Assembly (NCBI GenBank): GCA_963733035.1
Contig: CAVTBU010000005.1
Span: forward strand, 1,152,001-1,216,000
Source of the DNA: Pirellulales bacterium
GTDB lineage: Bacteria > Planctomycetota > Planctomycetia > Pirellulales > PALSA-1355
Direction: 5' to 3'
DNA length: 64,000 nt
This document shows positions 38,694-49,834 of this stretch, piece after piece. The translations under genes were made by a program, and so were the position numbers. The notes beneath the pieces were generated by a model that saw only the letters and a list, made by a program, of their open reading frames with translations, ran no database searches and had not been told where the DNA came from. The first letter of the stretch is position 1; every line of letters starts with the position of its first letter.

Positions 38694-39998
38694 ATGCCTG
38701 AAATCCAAGCCTTCCGCGGGCTCCGTTACGATCTGGGTCACGTCGGCTCGCTCTCTGACGTGGTTGCGCCGCCGTATGACGTGATTGGCCCGGCCCTGCA
38801 GGAAGAACTCTATAAGAAGCACCCCGCCAACGTCGTGCGCCTGATCCTCAACCGCGATGAACCCGGCGACAGCGACGTCAACAACCGCTACACGCGGGCG
38901 GCTCAATTCCTGCGAAACTGGCGGAGCGAGGGGTTGCTCTTCAGCGAGCCGCATCCAACGCTTTACGTGTATCACCAGACCTTCGAGACGGGCGGTCAGA
39001 CGATCACGCGGCGCGGCTTCATGGCCCGCTGCCGATTGGAACGATTCGGCGAAGGCAAGATCTATCCTCACGAAGAAACGATGTCCGGCCCCAAGCAGGA
39101 TCGCTTGATGCTCACGCGAGCCTGCCGGGCGAATCTGAGCCAGATCTTTGGCCTGTTTCCCGATCCGAATTCGCAAGTGCAGGAAATGCTCGAAAAGGCC
39201 GCCTCCGGCGTGCCCGCGTTAGAGGCAACGGATCATCTCGGGGTCATGCATCGGATGTGGCCCGTTACCGATGTCTCCACCATATCGGCCGTCACCGGAT
39301 TGATGGGCGGCAAGCCGATGTTCATCGCCGACGGTCACCACCGCTACGAAACCGCCTGCAATTACCGAGATGAGTTGGCCAGCCACCGCGGCCCGCTGGA
39401 AGCCCACGATCCGGCCAATTTCGTGTTGATGATGTGCATTGGCATGAGCGACCCGGGCCTGCTGGTGTTGCCGACGCACCGCCTGTTTCGCGGCACCGCT
39501 GGCCTGACCGCCGCGAAACTTGCCGCCGCGCTGGGCGATTGTTTTGAGGTCCGCACGGCGGGCAAAGGTCGAGACAGGGCTGCTGAAATCTGGGAGGAGA
39601 TCGAAACCACGGCCGACCAGGGAACGCTAGGCCTGTATACCCAGGCCGACGACACCTGGACGCTGGCCACGATCACGTCGGCCGGCAGGGCCAAGATGGC
39701 CGAGTTGGCCGACGAGCACAGCGAGGATTGGCGCAATCTGGGCGTTAGCATCCTGCACCGGCTAGTGGTGGAGAACCTGCTGGGCGGCGGCGAGTGGCCC
39801 AAACCCCGCTACGTGCACCTGGTGGAGGAAGTCGTCGACAACCTGGCCGGCGGAGAGTTTCCGTTGGCGGCGCTCGTCATGCCGGCGACCGTGGACGATA
39901 TTCGCACGATCAGCCAGCACCAGGAACGAATGCCGGCCAAGAGCACTTACTTTTATCCGAAGCTGCTCAGCGGCCTGGTTATCAACCCGCTCGAGTGA
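38694..39998 (+). CDS. DUF1015 family protein
   Basis: AFRGLRY, APPYDVI, IYPHEET, IADGHHRYETA, LPTHR and MPAKSTYFYPKLLSG. Confidence 0.92.
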   Translation: MPEIQAFRGLRYDLGHVGSLSDVVAPPYDVIGPALQEELYKKHPANVVRLILNRDEPGDSDVNNRYTRAAQFLRNWRSEGLLFSEPHPTLYVYHQTFETGGQTITRRGFMARCRLERFGEGKIYPHEETMSGPKQDRLMLTRACRANLSQIFGLFPDPNSQVQEMLEKAASGVPALEATDHLGVMHRMWPVTDVSTISAVTGLMGGKPMFIADGHHRYETACNYRDELASHRGPLEAHDPANFVLMMCIGMSDPGLLVLPTHRLFRGTAGLTAAKLAAALGDCFEVRTAGKGRDRAAEIWEEIETTADQGTLGLYTQADDTWTLATITSAGRAKMAELADEHSEDWRNLGVSILHRLVVENLLGGGEWPKPRYVHLVEEVVDNLAGGEFPLAALVMPATVDDIRTISQHQERMPAKSTYFYPKLLSGLVINPLE

Positions 39999-40004
39999 GC
40001 TTCT

Positions 40005-40020
40005 CGTTCCACGTGAAACT
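40005..40020. promoter_or_regulatory. parS site
   Basis: CGTTCCACGTGAAACT compared with the consensus TGTTTCACGTGAAACA; upstream of parA. Confidence 0.8.
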
Positions 40021-40110
40021 GCACCTGGCAGGTCGATCGTACGGCTTGTTGCCTGGCGGGCGGAAGCGCTGGCCGGAATTGCCGATCGCCAAACTCAACG
40101 CAGTAGCCAC

Positions 40111-40126
40111 AGTTTCACGTGAAACA
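40111..40126. promoter_or_regulatory. parS site
   Basis: AGTTTCACGTGAAACA matches the consensus at 15/16. Confidence 0.9.
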
Positions 40127-40256
40127 ACCGGCGGCACGGTCGGGCCGTGCTAGCAAGGCGTCGCGCCGCTGAACTGACATTTGGCCGACTTCGCGCGGAA
40201 GTTACAATCGCCCCGCTGCGTGTCGTTCACTTGCAATGGATTGCCGGGGTGCCAAG

Positions 40257-41000
40257 GTGGGGCGAATCCTGTGCGTTGCCAATCAGAAAGGTGGGGTCGG
40301 CAAGACGACCACCGCCGTCAACCTGGCGGCGGCGCTTGCGCACTCAGGGCGTCGTACCCTGTTGGTCGACCTGGATCCGCAGTGCAACGCCACCACCGGG
40401 CTGGGACAGCAGCCCACCAGCTGCCACCCGTTGGTCTCGCGACAATCGCTACGCGACTCGCTGCGCCAGACGGGGGTTGCGAATCTAGAGCTGCTTCCCG
40501 GCAGCCGTAGCTTTCAGGACGTCGAAGCGCTGAGCTCGCATGATGTCAGCCATTCGGCCACGCTGAGCCAGCATCTTGCGAGCGGTCTGAGCGCCTACGA
40601 CTTTGTGCTCATCGATTGCCCACCCTCGCTTGGCCAGCTCACGCAAACGGCGTTGGCCAGTTCGACCGAAGTGCTGATGCCGATCCAATGCGAGTACTTC
40701 GCGATGGAGGGGCTGGCCCAGATGATCGAAGTCATTCGCCGCGTGATGGACTCCAAACCCGAACGTCTACAGTTTGGGGGCATCGTGCTGACGATGTATG
40801 AAGAGCAGTTGGAACTCACCCGCGAGGTCGACGCGGAGGTGCGCGACTTCTTCGGTGAGATCGTCTTTAAAACCGTGATCCCGCGCGATGTCGCCGTTTC
40901 CGAGGCCCCCAGCCACGGCGTATCGGTCATTGACTATTCGCCCCGAGCCCGCGGCGCTCGGGCCTACGTTGAACTATGCCTGGAGGTGCTCAAAACATGA
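40257..41000 (+). CDS. parA: Chromosome partitioning ATPase ParA/Soj
   Basis: NQKGGVGKTTTAVNL, VDLDPQCNAT, IDCPPSLG, QCEYFAMEGL and EAPSHG. Confidence 0.96.
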   Translation: MGRILCVANQKGGVGKTTTAVNLAAALAHSGRRTLLVDLDPQCNATTGLGQQPTSCHPLVSRQSLRDSLRQTGVANLELLPGSRSFQDVEALSSHDVSHSATLSQHLASGLSAYDFVLIDCPPSLGQLTQTALASSTEVLMPIQCEYFAMEGLAQMIEVIRRVMDSKPERLQFGGIVLTMYEEQLELTREVDAEVRDFFGEIVFKTVIPRDVAVSEAPSHGVSVIDYSPRARGARAYVELCLEVLKT

Positions 41001-41953
41001 ACAACCAAAGAAGACTGGGCCGTGGGCTCGAAGCGTTGTTGGGACGACCGTTGGGAACCACCGAAACGGGCGACCTCGTTCAATCGCCGGTCGACAGCCA
41101 TTCGGCTCCCGCCAGTGGGCTGCTGCAACTACACGTCTACGATATTGAGAACAATCCGTTCCAACCGCGGCGCGAGTTCGAACCGACCGCCATCGACGAG
41201 TTGGCAGACAGCCTCGAACAGCACGGCATGATCCAGCCGATCGTCGTGCGACGGCACGGCGAGCGCTATCAACTCATCTCCGGCGAGCGGCGGTTGCGGG
41301 CTGCTATCAAAGCTGGCTGGCAGCAAGTGCCAGTCCAAGTCCGCGAAGCCGACGATCGCCAGATGTGCGAAGTGGCCATCGTCGAGAACCTGCAGCGCAA
41401 GGATCTCAATCCGCTGGAAAAGGCCCATTCGTTTCGCCAGTACCTGGAACGATACGGCTGTACGCAGGAGGAGCTTGCCGGGCGGCTGAACATCGACCGC
41501 TCGACCATCGCCAACCTGATTCGTCTGCTGGAACTGCCGGAGCCAATCCACCAGGCAATTCATACCGGCGCGATAACGCAAGGCCACGCCCGAGCCCTGC
41601 TGCCCCTGGGCGACGAACGCGAACAACTCGCATTCTGCCGACGGATCGAACAAGAAGGATTGAGCGTGCGAGCCACCGAGGAGCTCGTACAACTGACAAT
41701 CCATCAGGCCGACCATGAGCCACTCGCCGTGATTGGTGGCGAGTCGAGCCCAGCGCGCGGCAAAGGGCCGCGTCGAAGCCGCGACCAGGTCGCCGCACTT
41801 GAACAAGAGTTTCGGGTGGCGCTAGGCACCAAGGTCGACATCAAGCAGAAGGCGGGCGGCCGCGGACAGATCGTGGTGCACTTCAACAGCCACGACGAGT
41901 TCGAACGGCTTAGGGCCTATCTCGCAGCGGACGTGCACAGCCGAGCCGGCTAA
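40997..41953 (+). CDS. parB: Chromosome partitioning protein ParB/Spo0J
   Basis: LGRGLEALL, NPFQPR, GERRLRA, ENLQRKDLNPLE, HTH and GHARALL. ATGA overlap with parA. Confidence 0.96.
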   Translation: MNNQRRLGRGLEALLGRPLGTTETGDLVQSPVDSHSAPASGLLQLHVYDIENNPFQPRREFEPTAIDELADSLEQHGMIQPIVVRRHGERYQLISGERRLRAAIKAGWQQVPVQVREADDRQMCEVAIVENLQRKDLNPLEKAHSFRQYLERYGCTQEELAGRLNIDRSTIANLIRLLELPEPIHQAIHTGAITQGHARALLPLGDEREQLAFCRRIEQEGLSVRATEELVQLTIHQADHEPLAVIGGESSPARGKGPRRSRDQVAALEQEFRVALGTKVDIKQKAGGRGQIVVHFNSHDEFERLRAYLAADVHSRAG

Positions 41954-41961
41954 AACCGGCT

Positions 41962-43275
41962 CTAGATTGCCGGAAGTTCAAATCCGTTGCGGCGCGGACG
42001 CTCGAGTAAAGCGTTTGCCTCGTCGTCGCCTTCGAATTGCTCGCGCACCGGATCCCAGCGCAGGGGTCGCCCGACTGCGCGGGTGATGTTTGCCAAGTGG
42101 CAGACCGTCACGGAACGATGTCCGATTTCCACGTCGGCGACTGGCTTTTCGCGCGAGTGGATGCAGTCGAGCCAGTTTTGCATGTGCCACCGCGCTTGCC
42201 AAAGCGCAACGTCATCGCTCCACTTTCGTTCCTCTTCGGCCACGTCGACCTTTTTCTTTAGTTCTTCCGCGATGTCGAGCGGATTCGAAGTGAATTTGTT
42301 TCGATTGATTTCGATCTTCCCCTTTTCACAGGTGAAGACCGCGCCGCCCATCGGCCCATGACCATGCTCGCTGACGAAGTTCACGCGGACGCCGTTGGCA
42401 TACCGCATCGACACTTGACCGTTCGGCCCTTCGGAAAGCGGTTTCGTCTCGACCGGGCCGGTGCCGTCCATGCCGAGCGCCCATTGAATCTGATCGACGC
42501 CGTGCGCGCCCCAATTCGTCATCTCGCCGCCGGCGAAATCTCGCCACCGCATCCAACCCATCCAGTCCGGGTGGTACGGACGCTCCGCGGCTTGATTGAG
42601 CCACATGTTCCAATCGAAATTCGGGGGCACGGGCTGTCCGGCCGGATAGGGATTGGGCGACGCCTCGGCACCGCTGTAGTTGATCGCCCGAACTTCGAGC
42701 ACCTTACCGAGTCCGCCGCTGCGAACCAGCTCACACGCCACGCGATTCATGGCCATCGATCGCTGCTGCGTCCCAACCTGCAACACGCGGTCGTATTTTC
42801 GCGCCGCATCGACCAGCGCCCGCCCCTCATTCACGTAGAGCGTCAGCGGTTTTTCGGCATAGATGTCTTTGCCGGCCTGGCAGGCGTGGATACAGGGCAG
42901 CACGCGTTGAAACTCGCCCGTGGCCACAATCACGGCGTCCACGTCCTGGCGGTCCAGAATTTTGCGATAGTCTTGATAGACTGGCCAGTTGCCGCCGGCG
43001 GAAGCCTTAAATGCCTCGGCGCGAGGCAGATTGCAATCTGCCAGGGCCACGATCTCGGCGGCCTCCGGAAGTTGCTGTAAAAGCAACTTCGCACGGCCGC
43101 CAACGCCAATCGCGCCGACACGGATCCGCTCGTTGGCTCCCGGTTTTCCCGGCGCGGCCAAGGCCTTGCGCGAGACCCACAGCGGCAAGCCGAACGCACC
43201 CGCGGCCAGGGCGGCAGAGGACTTGAGGAACTGTCGGCGATCGGAACGCGGGGCGTGCACGGGCTGCAATGACAT
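41962..43275 (-). CDS. Tat-exported Gfo/Idh/MocA oxidoreductase
   Basis: DRRQFLK Tat motif, IGVGGR, YAEKP, QVGTQQRS and WGAHGVD. Confidence 0.93.
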   Translation of the reverse strand: MSLQPVHAPRSDRRQFLKSSAALAAGAFGLPLWVSRKALAAPGKPGANERIRVGAIGVGGRAKLLLQQLPEAAEIVALADCNLPRAEAFKASAGGNWPVYQDYRKILDRQDVDAVIVATGEFQRVLPCIHACQAGKDIYAEKPLTLYVNEGRALVDAARKYDRVLQVGTQQRSMAMNRVACELVRSGGLGKVLEVRAINYSGAEASPNPYPAGQPVPPNFDWNMWLNQAAERPYHPDWMGWMRWRDFAGGEMTNWGAHGVDQIQWALGMDGTGPVETKPLSEGPNGQVSMRYANGVRVNFVSEHGHGPMGGAVFTCEKGKIEINRNKFTSNPLDIAEELKKKVDVAEEERKWSDDVALWQARWHMQNWLDCIHSREKPVADVEIGHRSVTVCHLANITRAVGRPLRWDPVREQFEGDDEANALLERPRRNGFELPAI

Positions 43276-43516
43276 AATCGACCTCTGGTTCGTTTTGCGT
43301 ACTCGGCAACCCTTGCTGCCAGAGTGTTCGGTGGCTCAGTATAACACACCACCTAGCGTGGTTCGTAACCGCATCCGAAAGGGCAAATGACCGAAAAACG
43401 CGCGGTCCTCGCGCGGTAAAATGAATAGTCGTGGGTATGGACAAACGTACAGTAACTCGGTAATCTATGTGCCCGGTCAGAAATCCTTTGGTTACCCGAA
43501 TTTCAAGGAGTATTCC

Positions 43517-44020
43517 ATGAGCATCGCTGAAATGATCTTGCCTGAATTTGAACAGGAAATGGCTGGCACGCGCAAGACGCTGGAGCGCATTCCGGACGAT
43601 AAGCTCGACTGGAAGGCCCATCCGAAATCGAACACGATTGGCTGGGTCGGCGGTCACTTGGCCGAGATTCCCGGCTGGGTCGAAGGCACGCTGACGCAGG
43701 ACTCGTGGGACATCAACCCTCCGGGCGGAGAGCCGTACCGCACCCCTCAATTCAAGAGCCATCAGGAAATGCTCGACGTCTTTGACAAGAACGTTGCCGC
43801 GGCGAAAAAGGCGATTGCCGCCACCAGCGACGAAGCATTCATGAAACCCTGGTCGCTGCTCTCAGGCGGGGAAACCTTGATGACAATGCCCCGCCTCGCC
43901 GTGATCCGCGGGTTCGTGATCAGCCACACGATTCACCATCGCGCGTATCTGTGCTGCTACCTGCGGTTGAACGACATCCCGGTGCCTGCGCTTTACGGGC
44001 CGTCGGGCGACGAGAAGTAG
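43517..44020 (+). CDS. DinB family protein
   Basis: AAGGAG RBS, WKAHPKS...HLAEI, HTIHHRAYL..YLRL and PALYGPS. Confidence 0.9.
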   Translation: MSIAEMILPEFEQEMAGTRKTLERIPDDKLDWKAHPKSNTIGWVGGHLAEIPGWVEGTLTQDSWDINPPGGEPYRTPQFKSHQEMLDVFDKNVAAAKKAIAATSDEAFMKPWSLLSGGETLMTMPRLAVIRGFVISHTIHHRAYLCCYLRLNDIPVPALYGPSGDEK

Positions 44021-44047
44021 CCGCAGCGGACCACGAGCGGTGCGCGA

Positions 44048-45777
44048 TTAGAACCGCAGGTCGAGGCCCATGGTGACCCCTTGGAGCCAGATGCTGGTGT
44101 CGCTGACCGACGCATGTGGTACTGCCGGTCCGACTAGCGGCTGGCCGGCGATTTGCGTGGTATTCACGTTCGTGTCGATCTGACCACCGGGACGAATGAC
44201 GCTCGAGACGTACGTAAAGTTGTATCCCGCCGTGACTCGCAAGGCCGGCCGCAATTGATAGCCGAGCTTGAGGTCGACTTGCGGAATGATCGCGAACCGA
44301 TTCCGCGTGTAAGTGCCGATGTTGGTCGGCTGCGCGAGCAGTCCGCCCGCGTACGAGGCGACGTAAGCGTTGTAAATGGCGGACGTGGAACCGTTGATCG
44401 TAAGCTGCTGATTCATGTTGCCCAGTGCCAACCGCGTTTCGGCGCCGAGTGTCCAGCGAGCGCGGTTCAGTTCGGTGCCGATACCGATTTCACCGCCGTT
44501 GAAGATATTGCGCGTCGCGAAGCTGTCGACAACTTCGATACGGCCGGCGTCAGGGGGAAACGGGTCGAAACTTGAATACGACGTGGACTTGATGTTGAGC
44601 GACTCGTTGAGATCGAAGAACCGATAGGCACCCAGCAGGAACAGCCGAATCGGGCCGTTATAGGGGCCAATCGCATAGCGTGCTCCGCCGCCAGCGGATT
44701 GGACGCGGCTCGTTTCCTGGATGTTGATCGAGCCGTCGACGTTGACACTTGTTGGCCCCACGACGTAATTGGGAAATGCGACGATCATGGAGCTTTGTGC
44801 ATCGACCAGGGGATTGGCGTCGTAGTAGGGGCGGGCCAGAATCGGGTCGTTGAGCGATCCGCCGCTGAAAATTGACGTGCGCGAAAAGGTTGTGGTGGCC
44901 GAAGCCAGACCGTAGTAGTTCCCTTCCAGCGCGATGGTCTGGAAGTCGTCCAGCCAGACACCTCCCTGTACGCGGCCGCCCCAACGAATGCCGCTGTTGA
45001 CTCGCTGGTTGCCAAACAGGGTGCTCGTGGTCGGCTCGCCGATCACACCGGCATTGGCCTGCGGAGTGCCGATGGGGGCCGTGGTCACCAGCGGCGGCAA
45101 GTGATCCCCCTTGACCCACCAGCCAAGGGCGTCGAGATTCAAATAGTGCCGCGAGGGAGGCGGGGCGCATACGACCGCTGTCGGCATAGCCGAGGGCACG
45201 GCGCAAGTCGGTTCATCGGTGGCCGGTGCGCCATATTGCGCTAGTGCTGCCGCGGCGCGGGCCAGACGCTCAAGCCGCGGCGACGCAGGCGTTTCGGGGG
45301 AGACAAGTCGACTTGCCGGAGTCGACGTGACGACGCCGTCTTGATAAGACGCCTGGGCGACGTCGAATTGTCGATTTGTGTCTCCTGCGGCAATTTGCTT
45401 GACGCGCCGCAACACACGGCGGGCACGAATTCGCTCGCTGGCGGTTGTGGCACGGCCGAGTGCATTCTCGGCCGCGGCTTCAATTCTCGAAAGCCGGGCG
45501 CACCTGCACTGCCAGCTTCGAAAGCGACCAGTTGGCTCTCGACTTGATCGAGAGCGACGGCCACTGGCGCAAGTTCGGCCGCGTCAACCGCTGCCGCGGC
45601 CGGCTGCTCTTGAAGGCGGACCGCGTAGCGTTTTACTGGCTGTCCGGCCCGGGCGCTACCGACCGCGAACGCTGTTAGAAGAATCAGCTTCCAGCCAATG
45701 CGCACAGCGCGAGCCCTACCGAGCAAGCGGCTCCTCGGTGACCCGCGCAAGCCTGACTTCGAGGGACAACTGTCCAT
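44048..45777 (-). CDS. Planctomycete BBP7-type outer-membrane beta-barrel protein; apparent frameshift near 45415
   Basis: LGWWVKG...PPLVTT, ILARPY, DSFATRN.FNGGEIG, GGLLAQPTNIG and C-terminal WLQGVTMGLDLRF. A signal-like segment lies in the 45241..45777 frame. Confidence 0.82.
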
Positions 45778-46045
45778 GAAATTGAACGACGGCAGAAGCG
45801 AAACGGTTGCCGTTTGACGATGGTGCGAACTGCTAGCACGCCAGAAGGCCGTACTGTGAAGGGAAGCGAACGTTTAGCCGAATTGCGCCACGTGGGCAAG
45901 ATCATTTTGCGAATCGGCCTGGTAGGGCGGGCGAGGCCGTTTCTTCCCGACTCTGCATGTCAAACCATGGAGAACTGGGGAACAATCGGCCAATATAGGC
46001 TTCGCCGCGACGAATAGGCGACCAGCCCGATGATGAGGTGCTCGC

Positions 46046-46711
46046 GTGGTTTTGAGCCAAAAAGTAGTCGACTACCTTGCCGCCGCCTCGATTGTTGTTG
46101 CCTTTGGCGGACTGTTTTTCGGCCGTTTGATGATCTATCCGGTGTCGCGGGCGCCTGGCGACTTCCTCGAACGCGTGGCCGCGGAGTCGGCAGCTTGGGA
46201 TTTCGGGCATCGTTGGATGCTCGTCGGAATGATAAGCCTCATCCCGGCCGCGATTGCACTGCGTCGTGCGATGCACGAGCGGTCACCCTGGCTGACCGAC
46301 GCTGCCACGATTCTGACGATCTTGGGTGCCTCACTCGGAGTCGGCCAGTACGCGCTTGACTTTGCGATGCTGGCGGCGGCAGAGATTTCTTCACCTGAAG
46401 CGCGCTCGCAGTTTGGTAGTGCGCTTTCTACCAACGCGTTCGTGCAGTGGGCGTTCTACAAGCTGCCCGACCTGGCGCAGTTGGGGTTGATTCTGCTTAC
46501 CGTTGCGCTGTGGCGGCAAGGCTTCGGCTGGAGACTTCAGGCAACGTTGGTCACACTGGCCGCGATGGTCGCCTTGATTGGTCCGATCTTCCTCGGCTCC
46601 ACGGGAAGTCGCGTCGGACTCGGCCTGTTGTTTGTGGGATTCTCAACGGTCGCCTGGAGAATCGCCGGCGGCGGCGCGAAAGACAGCACGCCCGTGGATG
46701 CTGGATGTTGA
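46046..46711 (+). CDS. Hypothetical multi-pass membrane protein
   Basis: About six hydrophobic helices; GAGGT RBS upstream. Confidence 0.7.
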   Translation: MVLSQKVVDYLAAASIVVAFGGLFFGRLMIYPVSRAPGDFLERVAAESAAWDFGHRWMLVGMISLIPAAIALRRAMHERSPWLTDAATILTILGASLGVGQYALDFAMLAAAEISSPEARSQFGSALSTNAFVQWAFYKLPDLAQLGLILLTVALWRQGFGWRLQATLVTLAAMVALIGPIFLGSTGSRVGLGLLFVGFSTVAWRIAGGGAKDSTPVDAGC

Positions 46712-46783
46712 GGCGAATAAAGATGTCACGCAGTTCAGCAATCGCGCTGAACCAATGACGCGCCGCGGTATATTCCCATCCTA

Positions 46784-46859
<76 letters not shown>

Positions 46860-46980
46860 ATTTATTGTTTTGGCCAGGTCGACACGATTCATCGACCCGA
46901 ATCAGCAAAGTATCGTAGCACCCTGCCCCGTGCGCGGCAACACGGCCGGTTTGCCGACATCGTGTCGTCAGCGCGACTTG

Positions 46981-48405
46981 TTATTCCTGTTGCGCGTGGT
47001 CTTCATGCAACTCGCCCGATTCGGCGGCCGCCGGTTCGGCTTTGAGCCAGGTGTCGAAGAGCCCCGCTTGCCACAAGAGCACGAGCGAAACGAGTACGGG
47101 CGTGACGAACCGGATCAGGAATTGCCAGATTGCTCCCAACGGCGCACCGAGTTTCGCCATGTGGCTGAAACCGCTCAGGCCGTCCTTGGGCAACACGAAC
47201 CAGCCTGCGGCAATCGCAATCAAGAGTCCGCCGATTGGCAACAGATAGCGTGACACCAGGTCGTCGAGCCCGTCTTGCAAGGGTGTTTCGCCGACGGTCA
47301 TCCCCACCGCGCATGCCACGCCGAGCAGCCACACACACGCACCGATGCCGCCAGCCGCCAGCCAGCGCGGCATATTGAATTCGTCAACGGCGTAGGCCAC
47401 CACGACTTCCAGCAGCGAAATGGCCGAACTCCAGGCCGCAAAGACGACGAGCGCGAAGAAGACGCTGGCGACAAAGGGTCCGCCCGGCATTTTGACGAAC
47501 AGCGAAGGGAGCGTTTGAAATAACAAACCCGGCCCGGCAGAAGGTTCGAGATCTGCTTGAAAGACGACGGCAAAGATCACCGTACCCGCCAGCAGGGCGA
47601 CGATCGTATCGAGCGCTGCGATTGCCACGCTGTCGCGAATCACACGGCGCTCTTCCTTCAGGTACGATCCGTACGTGACCATGGCCCCCATGCCGAGCGA
47701 AAGAGTGAAGAATGCGTGCCCGAGCGCTTCTAAAACCGCGGAGGAAGTCAGTTTGCTGAAGTTCGGGCGAAACAAAAACGAAAGCGATTCGTCCAATCCG
47801 CCCGTATACGCGACGTAGCCCACCATGCCGATGAGGATCACGAACAAAAGGGGCATCAGTGTCTTGCAGAGGAACTCGATGCCGCCGTGCACGCCGAGCG
47901 TGACGACGCCAATCGTGAGAAGCATGAAGACGGTATGGCAAATTGTGGCCGTGCTCGGGGTCGAGGACATCGTTTTGAAGACTTCTGGATTGCCGAACTC
48001 GACGCCGGGGATGAATCCCACGGAGAGTGTGAAGAAGTAGACCGTCCAGCCGGCCACAACCGAATAGAAGGCCAGCATCAGGAACGCCGAGGTGATGGCC
48101 AAGAGGCCCGTCAGGTAGCTAAAAAGTCGACCAGGCATCCCTTTGCTTTGCGTGAGATTGGATAGCGCGCCGAGAATATCGCGGCCTCCACGGCGACCGA
48201 TGATCAGTTCGGCGTACATGAGCGGCAGGCCGACCATGGCAATGCAAACCAGGTAGACCAGCACGAAGGCTCCGCCGCCATACTCGCCGGTGATGTACGG
48301 AAACTTCCAGATGTTTCCCAGTCCCACCGCACTGCCCACGGCGGCCATCATAAAGCCGAAGTTGCTGGCAAATCCGCCGCGTTTGGCGGTGTTTTCCTCA
48401 CTCAT
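46981..48405 (-). CDS. Sodium-dependent transporter, neurotransmitter:sodium symporter (NSS) family
   Basis: GSAVGLGNIWKFPY, GGGAFVLVY, AFFTLSLGMG..TYGSY and GPGLLF. Confidence 0.95.
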   Translation of the reverse strand: MSEENTAKRGGFASNFGFMMAAVGSAVGLGNIWKFPYITGEYGGGAFVLVYLVCIAMVGLPLMYAELIIGRRGGRDILGALSNLTQSKGMPGRLFSYLTGLLAITSAFLMLAFYSVVAGWTVYFFTLSVGFIPGVEFGNPEVFKTMSSTPSTATICHTVFMLLTIGVVTLGVHGGIEFLCKTLMPLLFVILIGMVGYVAYTGGLDESLSFLFRPNFSKLTSSAVLEALGHAFFTLSLGMGAMVTYGSYLKEERRVIRDSVAIAALDTIVALLAGTVIFAVVFQADLEPSAGPGLLFQTLPSLFVKMPGGPFVASVFFALVVFAAWSSAISLLEVVVAYAVDEFNMPRWLAAGGIGACVWLLGVACAVGMTVGETPLQDGLDDLVSRYLLPIGGLLIAIAAGWFVLPKDGLSGFSHMAKLGAPLGAIWQFLIRFVTPVLVSLVLLWQAGLFDTWLKAEPAAAESGELHEDHAQQE

Positions 48406-48691
48406 GTCGGTCCTTCCTTCCGGTCGCACGGTTCGTTGCCATCTCGTCTCGTGAAGATCGCGGCCCGAGTCTGTTGTTCGACGACGCTTCATCGCTCAAC
48501 GAAACCGCGAGTGTTTTCCGCAGCGCAGCCCCGCATCGGGCGGTTGGTTAACCGGATCATAACGGCTCGCGGTCGCGCGAACCAATAAGTATTTGCGCCG
48601 CCGAGCCGCCGCGAACGAACTTACGTTCTGCGGGCCGCCAAGCTAGAATAAGCGGTCGCTGACACCTTGAGCCGTCCCCGCCTGCTCCACC

Positions 48692-49708
48692 ATGTTCCGC
48701 GCCACCCATGTCGAACCACCACTTCCCCTGTTGATCACCGGCGCCGCCGGTGTGGCGGGATACAATGCGTTGGCCTATTTCCAGGCGCGATATCCCGGTC
48801 GCGTGATGGCCATTCGCCAGCGGGACAATTGGAAACTTCAGGGGCCTGGGATTGTGGCCTGCAATGCCGAAGACCAATCCGCATTGGCGCGCCTGTTTGC
48901 GGAACATCGATTTGCCGCCGTGCTCGACTGCGCCGGCAATTGCGCACTCAAGGCGTGCGAACTCGATCCGGCAATGGCCTGGCGAATCAATGTCGACGGC
49001 GTACGGAATCTGATCGCGCTCGTACGACAATACGGTTCTCGGTTTGTCCACTTGTCGATCGATCTGGTTTTTTCCGGCAACGGCCCAGGTCAACACATTG
49101 AAGACGACCCGACCGACCCGGTGACCGTCTATGGCAAGACGATGGTCGCGGCCGAGGAATTGATTCGCTCGGAACTACCCGAGGCGTGCACGCTGCGAAT
49201 CTCGCTGCCGATGGGAGTGAGCTTCAACGGGCACGGCGGCGCGATCGACTGGATCCAATCGCGGTTTCGAAAATCGAAGCCCGCAACTCTCTACTTTGAC
49301 GAGGTGCGCACACCCACCTATACCGATTGCCTGAACCAACTTTGTGAAACCGTGCTGGCCGGTGATTTGGCCGGCCTGTTTCATGCGGGCGGCCCGAGGG
49401 CCCTCAGCCTGTATCAAATTGCGCAGATCATCAATCGCGTTGGCGGCTACAACCCGAGACACTTGCAGGGTTGTCCACGTATCGAGGCCGGTCCCATTCC
49501 GCCGCGCGCCGGCAACGTTTCGATGGATTCGAGCAAGCTCACAACGGCGCTCGGTTATCAGCCCTTTCACAGTTGGCCCTATGACGAGGGCTTGGTGCCA
49601 ACGCATCCAGATTGGCACTTCGAACGGCCCACGCACGAACGCGGCAGCCACGCGTGGCTCTCGGAAGTTCTCTACCGAAATCCGCTACGCATTCTCACCG
49701 ACAGCTAG
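48692..49708 (+). CDS. RmlD-like SDR (dTDP-4-dehydrorhamnose reductase-like)
   Basis: ITGAAGVAG, HLSIDLVFSG, PVTVYGKT and FDEVRTP. Confidence 0.85.
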   Translation: MFRATHVEPPLPLLITGAAGVAGYNALAYFQARYPGRVMAIRQRDNWKLQGPGIVACNAEDQSALARLFAEHRFAAVLDCAGNCALKACELDPAMAWRINVDGVRNLIALVRQYGSRFVHLSIDLVFSGNGPGQHIEDDPTDPVTVYGKTMVAAEELIRSELPEACTLRISLPMGVSFNGHGGAIDWIQSRFRKSKPATLYFDEVRTPTYTDCLNQLCETVLAGDLAGLFHAGGPRALSLYQIAQIINRVGGYNPRHLQGCPRIEAGPIPPRAGNVSMDSSKLTTALGYQPFHSWPYDEGLVPTHPDWHFERPTHERGSHAWLSEVLYRNPLRILTDS

Positions 49709-49834
49709 CACGCGAGCACATCGCGCTGATCTTGTGGTGGCCGACCCGTTTTGATAGCTAATCGCCCGCGGCGCGGCTGCGCGCCCAAATGACCGCTCGG
49801 TTCGCGCAATTCTCATACCCAGTGTGATGTTCCC

